Positions 1-13,700 of a stretch of DNA of 64,000 bases are shown piece after piece. The stretch's first letter is position 1, and every line of letters starts with the position of its first letter. The position numbers were made by a program, and so were the translations under genes. The notes below the pieces were generated by a model. That model was not told the DNA's origin. It saw only the letters and a program-made list of their open reading frames with translations, and searched no databases. This DNA comes from Klebsormidium nitens (lineage: Eukaryota; Plantae; Klebsormidiophyceae), in the NCBI GenBank assembly GCA_000708835.1, contig DF237026.1, positions 124,001-188,000 of the forward strand, read 5' to 3'.

Positions 1-643
1 TGCCGAGTCGCCGGACACCCGATCCGTCCAATCCGCCAGATCCGCCCATCCCGGTCAGTCCGCCGGCTTTGGTGTCTGAGCAAGCAAAGCATTAGGCCTG
101 GGTCCGTTTTGACGGACTCAACTATCTGGGTATACGCCACGCTCCTTGGATTCTGACCGTCGTCTTCTCATTTGGAAGCTCGTGCTTTTTTTCAACCGTT
201 CTGTTGTCGACTTTCGCCGGTTGTCCGGTTTGCGCTTCTCAACCCTGCTGCGCGCAAGCTTAGGGGGTCGAGTTCCTGTCAGAAATACTTCCAAAAAGGG
301 CGTCGCTGCCTGACTGTTCCTGAAGCCGGACCAGCATTGATCTCGTTTGGCACTTCTCTCGTCCCTTCGTACCCTCTTTGCACATTATGCTTCTTGTGTG
401 CTAGCACGGGAAACGGAGCCTGACAAGACACAAGTGCCAATGAGGAGATTGCTGATGCTCATCGCGTCGAGTTTGGGGTACTTTGCGGGCCTCTTGTTGG
501 GACACTGTTCTGTCAACGGTTGTTTCGAAGCAGAACGGACCGTCAGATAGCATGGATAAGTCAGCGCAACTCGCAGCTGCGGAGGCCGTTCAAAGGCTCG
601 AACACGGTGCACTCCTGACTGACGTCGTGATGGCTGCGTCCAG

Positions 644-1705
644 GTATTGGCTGTATGCCGCGGTTAAGAAAAATTGTTACCTGGTAACCAACGACGAGAT
701 GCGCGACCACATCTTCCAGCTGCTCGGGGACAACTTTTTCCCCAAGTGGAAGGAGCGCCATCAGGTGAGCGGGCGGTTTTTGCGGATTCTCTGTTCCGGA
801 GTGGTTGCCTGAGTTTCTAGAACCCCAGGCTCAGAAAGCTCGGAATGGTCAACTTTTTCCCTGAGTGAGAGGAGCGTCACCAGCTGAGCCGGCACTCCTC
901 GTCACAAGTGTGAACATACTGCTACTTACTTTGAGAAACTTCAACGGACGGAATAGTGACCTGCAAAATCAGGTCGTTTTGAGGGTGCATCATTACAAGG
1001 ATGGAGTCTGAGCATTTTAGCGCCTGCGGGCCTTTTCTTTTGCTTGCTGGGCCAACCTCATGTCCGCGAAGCTCGTCAACTTTGTCCCTTCGTCCGCACA
1101 GGTACGGTTCACAATGCACGAGGACGGCGATCTGTTCGAACTCCCGCCGCCGTTCTCCACCTGCATCCAGGTACGGCACGCCTGTGTTCTTTTGCTGTCA
1201 TATCGGAGTTTTCAACAGCTTTGCAGCAGGCAGACTGCAATCTTGACTCAGCAATCAGTTGCGCAACAAACCATCCCTATTTCCCGGTAGTCATATCCGT
1301 AACGGGTTTGCACAAGCAGGGTGTGAAACGCTTTTTTGAAGAGAAGTTCCCGACGCAAGAGGTCTGCTGTAGGCGTAAAGGACCGTCGACAACTCCGGAC
1401 GGGGCGGTGGTTCGCCTTAAATCGACCTGGTTAAATCATTTCCTTTGCTCGACGGGTTTGCTATATTCGTAAACCTTCTTTTGTCTCTTTATCTCTCCGA
1501 CACCGGCTCCATAAAAAGAGACTTAAGGTGCTTTCAGGTTAAGACCCCCTCGAACATGGTCTTCATTGAGTTGCTGAGGCCCATCTTGTGGCCGGTGCAG
1601 GAATCGCTCGAAGGTTCGTGGTACTTCCCGATCAGGGATTCGGACGAGTGGCTATGCTGTCATAGACGGCGGCCCACGGATCAAGATACTGCATTAAAAC
1701 CGTAG
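644..1705 (+). CDS. PRORP: Proteinaceous RNase P, 3' exons only (gene starts left of the window)
   Basis: Exons 644-764, 1102-1170 and 1601-1705 have GT/AG ends and matching phases. They give YWLYAAVKKNCYLVTNDEMRDHIFQLLGDNFFPKWKERHQ-VRFTMHEDGDLFELPPPFSTCIQ-ESLEGSWYFP...*, matching the PRORP NYN-domain motifs VTNDEMRDH and PPPxSxxIQES. Confidence 0.93.
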
Positions 1706-3633
1706 AGAACGATTCTGCCTGAGCGTTGAAAATTTTAGCTAGCGCCTTTCTACCGTACGCAACACCATGAGGATCTATGTGACTCGGCGCTTTCCGAATC
1801 AGAAAGGCCGTCTTTTGCGACATACGGTTTGTACTGGCAGGCTAATGCACATGACCCATGTGGCTTTCATTACATGGATGCGGACGGTACATGTTTATTA
1901 GTATCCTCCTAGAGAATTCAATGAACGTGACTGAATATTCAGTTTATAGTACGATTCATGATTCCTGGCGCCCTTTCCGGCCGGTCAAACTGCATCCGTA
2001 TATTCGGTCCCATGCTGTTCGGATGCTTTGAAATTGGACTCAGTTTGGAAGATCTCAATCTTTTGATATGTAAGTGTATGCTGCTGTACAGCGCGCAGCC
2101 GTCACAAACCGTCCCCCCGGCCTGTTGTTGATGTTGGTGTTTTTATACACCTCATCATAACGGCCCGCGGCTCTTCTTGCGCGAAGGCTTCTAGGACGCT
2201 CTTTTAAAAAAAGGCGGCCGGGCCTTGGCAGGATTCTCGATCAGCCGCGGTACCATGAAAGCTAGCTTGGCTCTAGCTAGGCCTGACGTGTACGCGAGAC
2301 CCAACAATGCTGTCCGACCGGTCATACGGGTCCTAGCTTTGACGGTCACAGCGTTTTTAGGTTGCGAGTGCTTCTCATGACCTCAAAGGGCCGGGTTGGC
2401 ATGGTGCTTTGCGCACAATTCAGCATGCATCATTGCCTGTACGAAGCATCGGCGGCACAAATCGAGCCTGGCGGCAATCCAATTTGATTCGAGATGCTTT
2501 TGGCGTGAGCAGCCCCTTCCCAACTGGGCACGAGTACTTTCGAGGTTGCAGTAGCAAACACTGGCTGTCAGGTAAGTTGCCGTCGTGACGCAAATGTCGA
2601 CTTTTCCTCCATCGAAGCCGAGATAGCCAATAGAGTGATGGCCAAAAGTGTTGTCTGTCTCTAGGCGAGTTGACATCACGCGGTGTCCCTGATTCGGGTG
2701 AGCGTTGAAAAAGGGCAGGTCGATATGCCGAGTTTATCACAGACTCCAGGCTGGTGGGTGACTCTGCGCGAAGGTGGGGAGCCGTGCATCACTTTCGCTC
2801 GAAGGAGGCGATGTGTCGATCTGCTCAGTGCGGTTAACTTCTTTTTGTGCGTTTCAACATTATGAAAGTTTGCTTGAAAGTAGGCGAAGATTGCCTCCTC
2901 ACGAGAATGTTTTTCAAGAAGTCTGTCTTTCTCTGTGCCACTTGGTTCTCAATGCAATTAGCAACGAGATGGATGAGAAACTTATCTTTTGTTTCGACCT
3001 TTCGTTTAGAGGTTCTGTTGGGCCGAGCCTGATTGCTTCCTCCCCCCCTGTTCTCTTCTCTAAGGCGGACTGTTTGTTTCTGCTCGTGCGAATTGGACAG
3101 GTTGATCACGTCGGTGCCCCTATTACTGAGTACGTGTACATTCGTATCTGGCCGGATGTCACAATTTAATGGTGAAAAACCAGTCTGTCTGCCACTGTTC
3201 CAAGTGAAATGAGCAGTCGGATCAAAGAGGATCAGGCCGTGAGAAGCTTCCGTCCACCCCCCGTTGATGACTTTTCACTAGCTCGGACATATATCTACTA
3301 AGTCCTCTTGTTAAGGACCGCGCATGCGTCTTGATTTGTGTGACCAGGACCACTCAATTCGAAAATCAGCCCAGTAGAGAAAATCTAAGTTCAAACCGTG
3401 ATCGCCCCACTTCCTTCTACGAAAGTAAGCCGCAAAATATGCCGCAAAATACCTTTGGGAAACTGCAGCAGTCCTCACGTATCGTTTCATTCACTTCGTC
3501 GGTGTCTCCTCCGTGCTAAGTCGCCCGATGATCTTGGAACCAGCCGCTCTCAACACCATGAAAACTTTCTCTATCCCATCCCGAGTCGCTCATCGACTCC
3601 TCAATCGACATTGGGGAGTCCGTTTTGTTTTAG

Positions 3634-6600
3634 GTACCGGACGCACCATTGTCCAGATCAGCCCTACCGGTCAGCAGACCCTGTTCGCCCAGATTAACAC
3701 CGGGGAACCTGTTGGACTTTCCACCGCTCTAGTTGTTCTCCAGAGCGGCTGGGTTATCGTCGGGAATACGCCCACAATTGACGGCACGTCCGCCACCGTC
3801 ATGCGAGGTGGGTTTCGGAAAGAGTTCCGAAGATTTGACTGAAAGCGCTTTCAGGACCGTCCTGCCTTTTCAGAAGCATTCCAGTGTCCTTGTCTCCAGC
3901 TTTTAGCAGTCAGCTCCCGACTGATTGCTTTCGCGGTCGACCTTAACTTTCTAATTATAGCGTGCCCATCCATTCACAGCTTTGAATATTGTCCTGACTA
4001 AATGATTGCATACGAAGATATGACGACGGCTGTTCCAGTCGTTCAATGCTGGCAACCCACGATGCGAGCCCCAAGCTAGTGCAGTCTGACCACGACCCGA
4101 ATGTTCGGTCAATCTTCTAATCTATGTGGCACTGCTGATCATGACAAAATGTATTTTCCCCACAATCGGTGGAGTGGAGACTTTCGAACCGACTTTGACG
4201 CCCGGTTTCTCCCCAGGTTCCATCTTCGTTTTGGACGCGTTCGGCAGTGTGCGGGCGGAGCTGAAGAACAACTTCATCAACGGGCCTTGGGGAGCCACAG
4301 TCGCGGTAAGGAGTCGAGACCTCAAGACTCATCTTCTATTGCAATCGCATTCTGCAGTCGGGTCATCTAACTTTGGTACTACCATCGACGTTCCCTCCAG
4401 TCTCTGCGGATCCTCCCTTTTATGTTGACAGGGAATTGCATTGGATGTTCATCTACCCATCCGAAAGCTAGATCGCTTTGACATACTGTGAAAGCTTGTT
4501 TACACTCTCTCAGCTTCGATCGTGGTACGATGATCCTTGTGCTCTGTCTTTACACCGACGCCCGCGCTTGAAGTCCTGTCTCACTTTCTAAGTTTCCGTC
4601 TCCGCTTCCGTTGTCCTTTCCGTTTTCGTTCCGTTCAATTTTGAATACTATATCCGGTCGCTCCTGATTGGCGGCGCCCAATGTCTAGGACTTTGGCGGT
4701 AGTGCTTCCCTTTTCGTAAGCAACGTGATCGCGCCTGCCAACGGGACAATCGTGCGCTGGAGTCTAAACAACATAAGAAGCGCGGACGACCCCCGTAACC
4801 GGCCCCCCCAGTTAACTAACCCGAACATTGTCGCAAACAATATCGGCGCGGCTCTAGACCCGGCGGCTGTGGTGATTGGTCCGGTGGGGCTGGGCTACGC
4901 CAACAATCAGCTCTTCGTATCCGGTGAGACCGCGCCACGTGTCATGTTACTGTTCGCTCTGTGCTTCTTTCTCGTAAAGGCGTGCACGTGTTGGGTTTCG
5001 ACGACCGGCTGATATGAACCCTACGCAGCTGAACTGAAGATTCTTGACCGCTTGAAGCATGCGTTCTGCGCTTGGCGCGTCGCAAGTTTTCGGTAGACAG
5101 CCCTTGGTTAACCAGTCTGCCTAACCCTCAATCGGTACCCCACGCGCAGATGAGGTTCACAACCGGGTTCTCCAGTTCAATAATGTCATCGTCGGTAACC
5201 TCAACCCTAACCCGGTTGTCGTGACCTCCGACAACGCCCTTCAGCAGCCCATCGGCCTCACTCTGACGCCCAACCGTGAGCTTTTGCAGACGTCTTCCGT
5301 CTCGGCTGATGTCTGCGCTGTCCCCGCAAACCTTCAGTTTGATCTAGCTGCTCGTATGCTCTTCGTCCCGCTGACCTCATCAATGTCCACGGAAAGTGCC
5401 ATGCAAAATGCGATCCCAAAATAGATTTTAGAACGGGGCCGCATTTCTTCGATGCTTGAGATTGCAACGAAATCAGTAACCGCTTCTCCGGTACGTCCAT
5501 CTGGGTTCGCGCCAGCAAAATTGGCAATGGGGGAGGGATTACTACTACTTGGGTTTCTTTCCGATGAGCCCAATCGCTCCTTCTGTCCAGACGGTTCTGT
5601 ACATCTCGATCGGATCATCGAATGAGATGCTGAGCACTTTACTACTGTAGACGTCCATTACCCGGGTTTGCTTGAAGCGCCCAGTCAAACCGGATCGTCG
5701 CAAAGTATGTGCGCTCTTAATAGAGGCTGCTCGAAATACTCCTGAATGGGTCTTTAATCCCCTATGTCATTTACAAGCTCAAATAATTGACATCTCACTC
5801 CTTCCGTGACTTTTTGCAGAGAACCAAGCACTGATCGTCAACAATCTGAACGGGAATCTGGTTGACTTCACGATCCCTGGTAAGCGCCCACACCTGCAGA
5901 CCGTTTGATATCCTTCGATCTTACTTTCAAGCATATCTGGCTGTTTCTAACTACCGAATGTCCGATACTTTAGAGGAGCCTTTCGTATTTTCTTGTCACT
6001 CTACTGCTGTCGGTTGCCTAGCATTTCACTATGTCGCAAAAAATCAACGTCTTGCCAATAAGTTTGTGACGATGCCCCTTTTGGACGTGCCAAACCCAAA
6101 ACCCTATAGCCACGCAGCAAAACGGGTTTCCCCTAAGTTTCCCCCTCTTTGAAGTCAGTTTGGATGCAAAGCCAAGATTTGCGCGCCGCTCTTTTCAATG
6201 GATTACCATGTGAAAGTGCCTTTGCCCCGCGTCAGAATAAAGCATATCAGATCTAGAGAGAGGCCTCCATTATCGACGAAAGCAGAGAAATCTCGGATCG
6301 GCCCACACGGGAAATAGCAAGCTCTGTATATCTCACGCCAATCCAGAAAGTGTCATCAGAGTCTCTAGAATCAAAGTCGTGCAAAGGCTTGTAAAATGCA
6401 ATGCGCATGTCTGTGTCAGCTTTGAGTATGTATCGGGAAAAGGTACCTACCTAGAATGTCCAGATTGGGGAATCAGAACTTGACGCTGCTTCATCGAGAA
6501 CCTCCAGAAACAGGTCCTCGGGTCTCAACGATTCTGGTATGCCAGCAAGAAACTGACGTCCTTTATGCGTGTGATTCCATACATAAACTGATACCTTTGT

Positions 6601-6756
6601 TGATGTGCAGCCCGCGGAGTCCAGCTGGCGACTGCGACCGTGTCCAACTTTGGCGCGAGGAGTCTTTTTGGTCTCGCCGCCACGATCAACCAGTTTGGCC
6701 AGAGGAAGGTGTACTTTGTCAACGACGGAGATAACACGCTCAACGTGCTGCAGTGA
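3634..6756 (+). pseudogene. Beta-propeller/NHL-like protein, tandem copy 1; exons 2-7 intact but no recognisable exon 1 (5'-truncated, possibly a pseudogene)
   Basis: Exons 3634-3807, 4217-4305, 4689-4923, 5150-5275, 5820-5879 and 6611-6756 splice in frame and end ...FGLAATINQFGQRKVYFVNDGDNTLNVLQ*. Exon sizes match copy 2 (174/89/235/126/60/146 vs 174/89/241/129/60/146). No counterpart of the signal-peptide exon was seen in 1706-3633. Confidence 0.7.
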
Positions 6757-7429
6757 TCAGCCGTCGAGTTGCAGAATTTTCTCGTAAAATGAGTGACGAC
6801 CTGCTTTTTCAGGCTAGAGCGTTTTGTTGTCGCAACGAACATAGTAATTGTACATAAGAATCTCCGGTTGAAAACTTTGTTTAGGGGCGTAACGGACTGC
6901 CATACGCACTCACGCAGCAGAAACATTCGATTAGCCGGCTTGAAACTTTCAGATTAGGGAGTCAAATTAGCTGCCTCCCACGTTAAAACATCCGTGTATA
7001 CATTAAGCTTGAGTTACATTGATTTGACGTGGTCGACGCTCTTTGGAGGGCTTTACAAAGAGATGGCGCAAAACATAATGCCCCAGCCACGGCCAAAGGT
7101 TGCATTGCACAAGTATTCTTGGTCGCAACAGAACGACCGGATTCTGGTTTATCTGCAGCAGTTGAAGTCGACGCTATGTATTAGTGGGCCTAATATCTGC
7201 CGTAAATAAGACTGTGCAATCCCGCCAGCCGCGCCAGATCAAATACGAAGCTACTGGCTCTCCGATCCCTTTCCGGCCGCTCTCTACCAATTTATATAAT
7301 GGCCCTCCAATTGCGCACATCGGCAATCAATTCCTGTCTCCAAGTGCTCTTCAGAACCGCCCAATCAGCTAGCGCCACGTCCGCCCACGACTGCAGCTTC
7401 AGTGCTCAAAAGCTCCCCGCTCTAGTTCA

Positions 7430-7795
7430 GGGGCCGTCAACCGGGCGGTAACCAGTTCTTTCCCCCGGTCTGCCTTACGGGCCAGTACCATCGCGTGTAA
7501 TCTTGGGTTTCACTATTAGCAACTCCCCGGTTTGTTTCAAAATCTCTGGCAACAAGACGTGTACCAATCCAAACGATACCAATTCCAAGGTCATGCAGCT
7601 GAATTATCTCGAACGATCCCCCAAGTCACGTTGGGCCCTTCCGCGAATACGACCGGAAACGCGCCCGGGGCTAAGTGCGAAGCATTACTGAACTGGGACG
7701 TTGCCGTACGGACCCGTCTGGGCGGCTTGGCAGCTCTTCAACGCGTGCTCCGACCAGTGTCTTTCTGCTCTGGCTTACGAACTGGCGTTCGAAGT
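7430..7795. repeat. Dispersed duplicated block, homologous to ~9441-9676
   Basis: The 31-nt run CAGTTCTTTCCCCCGGTCTGCCTTACGGGCCAGTACC is nearly identical at ~7453 and ~9463. Further similarity lies between ~7631-7795 and ~9512-9676, with a ~110-bp insertion in the left copy. Confidence 0.8.
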
Positions 7796-9440
7796 TCTTC
7801 ACAGCGTGAAACCACAGTCTGGTTAAGGGCTATTTAATGGTCGGTTAGGTGGGATTCTAACAGACGAGACTGTTTATTTAAGCCCTGGTTAAGGACCTGT
7901 TAAACAAGGCTTTTTTGACGGCAAAATTCTCCTGTGCTGGGACGCACAGCCGGGAGAAGGCTACCAGACAGCGACGCATCGCGCCCGCTCGCTTCTTCGC
8001 CTTACAGAGCACTTCAGTACCGGCAGCCGTGACTCCACGACTTGCGCCCGCTTCTCGTTCCGCTTTGTTCCGCCGCGACATCCACATTTTGTTCCACACG
8101 ACCCAAAGTGGGGTGGTTTCCGCACATGATCAATCCTGCCAGCGGCATCTCGGTCGGACTTGTTTTGCGGCAAGAGCCGCCTTTCAATCCTGTGGCACGT
8201 GGAATCTCGAAGTCCAGAATGAAACACTGCCAAATTGCGGGAGACATGATCAAAAGGGGCATACTAAGTCGACCGCTCCTCACGAGTAAGCCCGAGTCAG
8301 ACACCAAAGTGGCTTTTGGTGAAGAGGGCTTGTCTTTACATGAGTCCCAAATGAAAACCTTCCGACCTTACTTCGACAGCTGATCACAGAAACGACGCAG
8401 CGTCTCTGCCTCAAAATAAGCCGGGCAAGCCGAAAAGCGGAAAGAGCGGAAAAGTGGAGAAGCGGCCGCCCATTCACCGCATCTCTTCAGAGACGTTTCC
8501 TTGTTCCACTTCTGAAACTCTACCCGGTGCACCTTGGAACCTGCATCCCCACCGATACGTCAAATTTGGGTTCTGGACGATCCTGATTTCGGTTCGTTAC
8601 TGCGCGCATTTCCAGGAGCTAATTCTACCGCAATCTTTGGACCATCTCGTATCACACGGGAATACCGTTGTATCAGCTCGGGCACCTTAAACTCGCACCC
8701 AAGGTATTGCACGGCCAGTCTGCAAGTCATTGTGTGCGACATTTGCGGAAGTCGACGATATACTCCATCCGCCGCCTTTGGGGGAGCGATTGAACTCTCC
8801 GTCGAAAACAACATCTTGGGTACGAGGTTAAGGGGCCCGAGCAGGCTGCGTACGTCTTTGCCCCGCCCTGCTTAGCCAGACCCAAAGATCTTCAGCGGAT
8901 TGGACGGCCGGAAGCGGAAGCGAACGCAACGGAGAAAGCACAATTTGTGCCTTAAGCTGCCGGGCACTGCAAATCTTACCGTCCGCTAATTAGGTGGCCA
9001 TGCATCATTCTGGATCACTGGATCTTCGAGAAAGCACATCGGCCAATCGCTGCGGCGCACAACCGCGCTTTGAAGTTGATGACGTGTCAGTGTGTGCAGT
9101 CAATCGGCGAAGTGTGCTCTGCGTTTTGACCTCGAAACATGCAGAGCTGTTCGAGGGTGCTCTCACCCTTCCGAGGAAGTGGGCACCCTCGTTTGTGAAT
9201 TGTCCTGACTGTTTCCTCAGTTCATCTCATGATAGTGTTCCGGTTGCGGAGTACTTGGACTGGCAGCTAATTGCGGGGACGCGAACTGCGGAAAATTGCC
9301 TACGAGGACCGCGAGAATATGTCGCGTTGCTAGATCTTACGTGGTTGCGAGGTCTCAGGACGTGACGAGACGACACGGAGCAGCGAAGCTTTGAGCTGGA
9401 TCGTAACTCTCAAAGAACCTAGTGGCTCGGGACCCGATCA

Positions 9441-9791
9441 GGGCGGTCAACCGGGGTGTAAACAGTTCTTTCCCCTGGTCTGCCTTACGGGCCAGTACCG
9501 TCGCGTTTCGGGTCTTCCCTTCCGCGAAAGCGACCGGGAAAGCGTCTGGGGGCTAACGGCCGAAGCATTCCTGAAGAACTGGGTCCGTTTGAACCCGTTT
9601 GGGTGGCTTGGCAGCCTTTCAATACGTGCTCTGACGGGCGTGTCTTCCTGCTTTGGTTCCGAACTCGCTCTCGAAGGATGATGGCAGGACGTACAGGCAG
9701 GAGTTCACAAAGTCTGAGCCGGCGCCGGGCAAGTCTGCGGAGCTGGGGCACCGTGCATCACTTTCGAAAGAAGGAGTCGACGTATCGATCT
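9441..9791. repeat. Upstream block of copy 2; left part repeated at 7430-7795, right part at ~2714-2822
   Basis: CCGTGCATCACTTTCG...GAAGGAG.CGA.GT.TCGATCT is shared by ~2782-2822 and ~9751-9791, in addition to the match to 7430-7795. Confidence 0.75.
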
Positions 9792-10724
9792 ATTCAAAGC
9801 AGCCTTCTTGTCCCGCATTTCCGATGATGATTGGCAGTGCCCCGTAAGCAGTCAGATACGGTTGATGCGGCGTTTGCATATTTTGGGCTTCAATATCGAA
9901 TGGTGCTGAGGAGTCGTATCAAGTGATCGATGTGGCGATACTTTCGAGTTCCGGCATCGATGGACGCAGAGAGGACACGTGGAAGGAGCGGCGTAAGCTG
10001 CCCGAGGGCTGCTCACGTTTGGCAGATTCGGACACCCTTATTTGGTGGACTGACGCTGCTATACATGGTGTTTCAATCATAGGTAATATTGCGTAATTTG
10101 AGGTGCGAAGTGCTCGAGGCAGCAATTTGCGGAGATCTGGATCTGGTCTGGGCGTCGGCTACGATGCGAGGACCTTGAAACGGAAGCTGATGTTGCGCGA
10201 CGACTATATCCTACCGGTGTGAAGTTCAGCACGTGACGAGATGCCCGAGACAAAATGTAAAATTCATTGAAGCACTTAGTGACTTCGGGCATTGCTTTTC
10301 TAATTGGCTTACTGAAGGTCTATGGTTCCATAAGAGCGCCCCTAGCAGGATGCGGTAGATTCCCTAGTAGTGAAAGAAGATGCCGAGCGACGAACAAAGC
10401 TCTTGTTCCGAATAGACGACGATGCTGGATTGCATCCAGGTTCGATGTGCTCTGAAAGCCTCGGGCAATCAAATGGGATAGTCGAGGTAACAGTCAGCAG
10501 CATACCTTCCAGTATCTCTTGGTCAAGCTTATCCCAAGCTAGACGCATGTGTTCGCAAAGGCTTCTGTTGACTGGACTTCGTAGAACAAGCAATCAGCAA
10601 GTGATCGAAACCTCACTGCTTCAAAAGCCCTGAAAACTTTGCCCTTCATTCAATTCGTCGATCCGTCCTTCGCCTTCAGCTACCACAAAACTTCCCCCGG
10701 TTCCTTTGTACGGCCCCTTCCACC

Positions 10725-13700
10725 ATGGCGCGCTTTTCCGGCGTCCCTTTCTTGCTCGTCCTGCTGGCGTGCGTCGCCGCGAGCTCTGCCCACCGGGCCA
10801 AGCAGACCGCCTTTGTGGCTGGGCTCACCAACAAGACTGTGGCGTCGACTGTCCCGTCCAACGGCGACGTTACTCCGTACGGATGCTTTGTCGTTCCGCG
10901 GACGGTTGGGAAGCTGCGTCGGGACAACGTTCTGGTCAGCAACTGGAACAAAGCGTCCAATCTGCAAGGCGAGTGACTGCTGTTTCAATATCGCTTTCTT
11001 GTTTCAATATTTTCTTTTACTATTGTTTATCTTCTTGTTATTTTCTTTCATGATATGTATAAGTGCCGATTGCCGATCAAGGCTGACATGGTAGCCTTTG
11101 AAGTCCACGTTAAATTGCCTGATTGTTGCACTTGCTCAATGGAGCTTGGTTGATATGTTTTCTCTGCCATATTTTTGAGAAAGGACCGCCCGTGTCTGCT
11201 GCAACTGTGATCGTCAACAGTGCTTGATTGACTATGTGCTTCCCCTTACGAACGCAGCACCTTTCCGTTTGTGTCTGGCAGAATGATTAAGGGGATGTTT
11301 AGAATGTCTGACTGTATCAGAATGAGGAATGTCAGAGCACTCAAAGACTGAATAGGATCCATTTCATGAGAGAATTTCGACCACCTCTCGCTAATGGTCC
11401 TTCCAATTCGCGGAATCGATTGAGTCTTTTCAAGAGTATTATAATTGGTTGAGATCCCGCACGCGTTTTGGACTACAGCAGATTGATGTTAACCGCTCGA
11501 TCAGACCCTTTCCAGCAATGAAAGTAAATTTCGAAAACTGATCAACCCGCCTATCTCTATGCAGAACTCTGCCAGGTGTTATTCAAAAAGTCTGTATATT
11601 TCTTGGCCTTCATTCTATCGCCGTTCCTCGATTGTAAGGTCGCCAGATGTTTTGGAATCAGCCCCTTCCAACACCTTTGAGTTGCGAACAGTCTCTATCA
11701 CGACTAGTCTAGCCTTTGCTCTTCCATTTGAGTTCCTGGTCAATCATTGCCCATAACACTCGCTTCGCTTTTGTGTCAGGTACTGGCCGTACCATTGTGC
11801 AAATCACCCCTGGCGGGCAGCAAACCCTCTTCGCCCAGATCAACGCCGCGGAGCCCGTCGGGCTTTCCACCGCTCTAGTTGTTCTCCAGAGCGGCTGGGT
11901 CATCGTTGGGAATACGCCCACAACGGACGGCACTTCCAACACGATCATGCGAGGTGAGGTCCGGAAAGAGTTTGGAATTTTTGCATTCTTGATGGCTTGC
12001 AGGGTCGTCCTGACGTGAGCTTTTAAAAAGCATTACGATCTAGTGTCAGCTTTGAGCATTCTCCTGACTGACTGCCTTTAGGGTCGACTCGAACTTTCTG
12101 ATTTCAACGTTCCGATCCCATCCAAAGATTTGCATAATCTCCTCAATTGATTGCATGCGATTGATTAAAGACAGCTGTTCTAGTCGTTCCAGTGGTAGCT
12201 CAAAATGCAATCCCAAAGCTGGGGCTGTCTAGACACGTTCGGAACATTTCAATCAGTGTCCTCAATGTGGGCACTTCTGATCACGACAATTCATGGATTT
12301 TTTCCAACAATTGCTGGATTGGAGATTTTTGAACCGATGATGACGCCCGGTTTCTCCCCAGGTTCCATCTTTGTCTTGGACGCTTTTGGCACTGTGCGCG
12401 CGGAGATTAAGAACTCGTTCATCAACGGGCCTTGGGGAGCCACAGTCGCAGTAAGGGGCTGAACCATTTCACCGTTTGAGATTTGTGGTCGGATGATCTA
12501 CAGTACGTACTTTTCGCGCCCTCAGAATGCTTTCCAGCTCCCCTCATTGAGATTCGCATCCCAATCATAGTTCCTTTGTTCCGGTTCCTGAAGTTCGGCG
12601 TTTTCAAACGGAAGAGTACTTTACTTGGTCACGTACCCCATCCCAGAGACTACCGTTACGACATGCAATATTTGTTCAAGCTCTTGAAGATTGCCAAGCT
12701 GCCACCACGCATATGACGCCCAATTGCCGTCCAATCTCACCGTTCCCGTTCCGTTCGCATTCCTGTTTAAGGTTTGCGCTTTTATCCCAGTCCCTTAGTG
12801 AGTACGAACCTACGTTCTCCAAATCCAAGGCCAGCTTTAATTTGCGGTCAACTTATCACTCCATCTTCACAACTACCTTCGAAAAAGTAGTCCGTCCTCA
12901 ATGATGGGTCGCCCCTTCTCATTTCCAGGAGTTCCAATCTGCCAGCATTGCCTACCTTTTCGTGAGCAACGTTGTAGCGCCTGCTAACGGGACGATCGTG
13001 CGCTGGACTCTCACCGACATAATGAGAGCCGACGACCGCTCTAGCCGGCCCCCCCGGTTCACTGACCCAACCATTATCGCGGACAATATCGGCGCGGTTC
13101 TTGACCCGGCGGCTGTGGTCATCGGCCCGGTGGGGCTGGGCTACCGCAACAATCAGCTCTTTGTATCCGGTGAGACCGCGCCACGTGTCATGTTACTGTT
13201 TGCTTGGTTGAATATAGCCGTCAATGATCGGGCCGCGAGACTGCTGCACTGGGCTTCTCTCCGTTTTCGATCGAGGCGTGCCACGTGGCACGTTCCTATC
13301 CGTCTGATTCTGACATCCTCTGTACACAATCACTGATCATCATGGGCTGGGTTCTGCCCCGCTGATTTTTTGCCCCGCATTCAGGTGGAGGATTGCAATA
13401 TGTCTCAGATTCGAGTCACCGGTCAAAGTCCTCTGTACGTACGGCATGATTCAAGCGTTTTAAAGAATATGACCGTTCTGCGTTTGAGGTGCCACACCAA
13501 GCATGAAAAACGATCCTTGCTAATTAACCAGCATGCTCAAACCTCGATTCGTACCCTACGCGCAGATGAGGTCCACAACCGGGTTCTCCACTTCAATAAC
13601 GTCATCTTCCGCGGTAACCCCGACACCAACCCGGCTGTCGTGACCTCCGACAACGCTCTTCAGCAGCCCATCGGCCTCACCCTCACCCCCAATCGTGAGC

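Noticed and set aside
2255-2380. Short ORF MKASLALARPD...VLALTVTAFLG as a replacement first exon for propeller copy 1
   Set aside because: It has no similarity to exon 1 of copy 2 and no convincing in-phase donor. The strong donor near 2572 gives an unrelated peptide with no start.
8042-8875. Several 80-120 aa ORFs between the tandem genes
   Set aside because: They overlap on both strands, show no motif or splice-consistent model, and have no clear codon bias.
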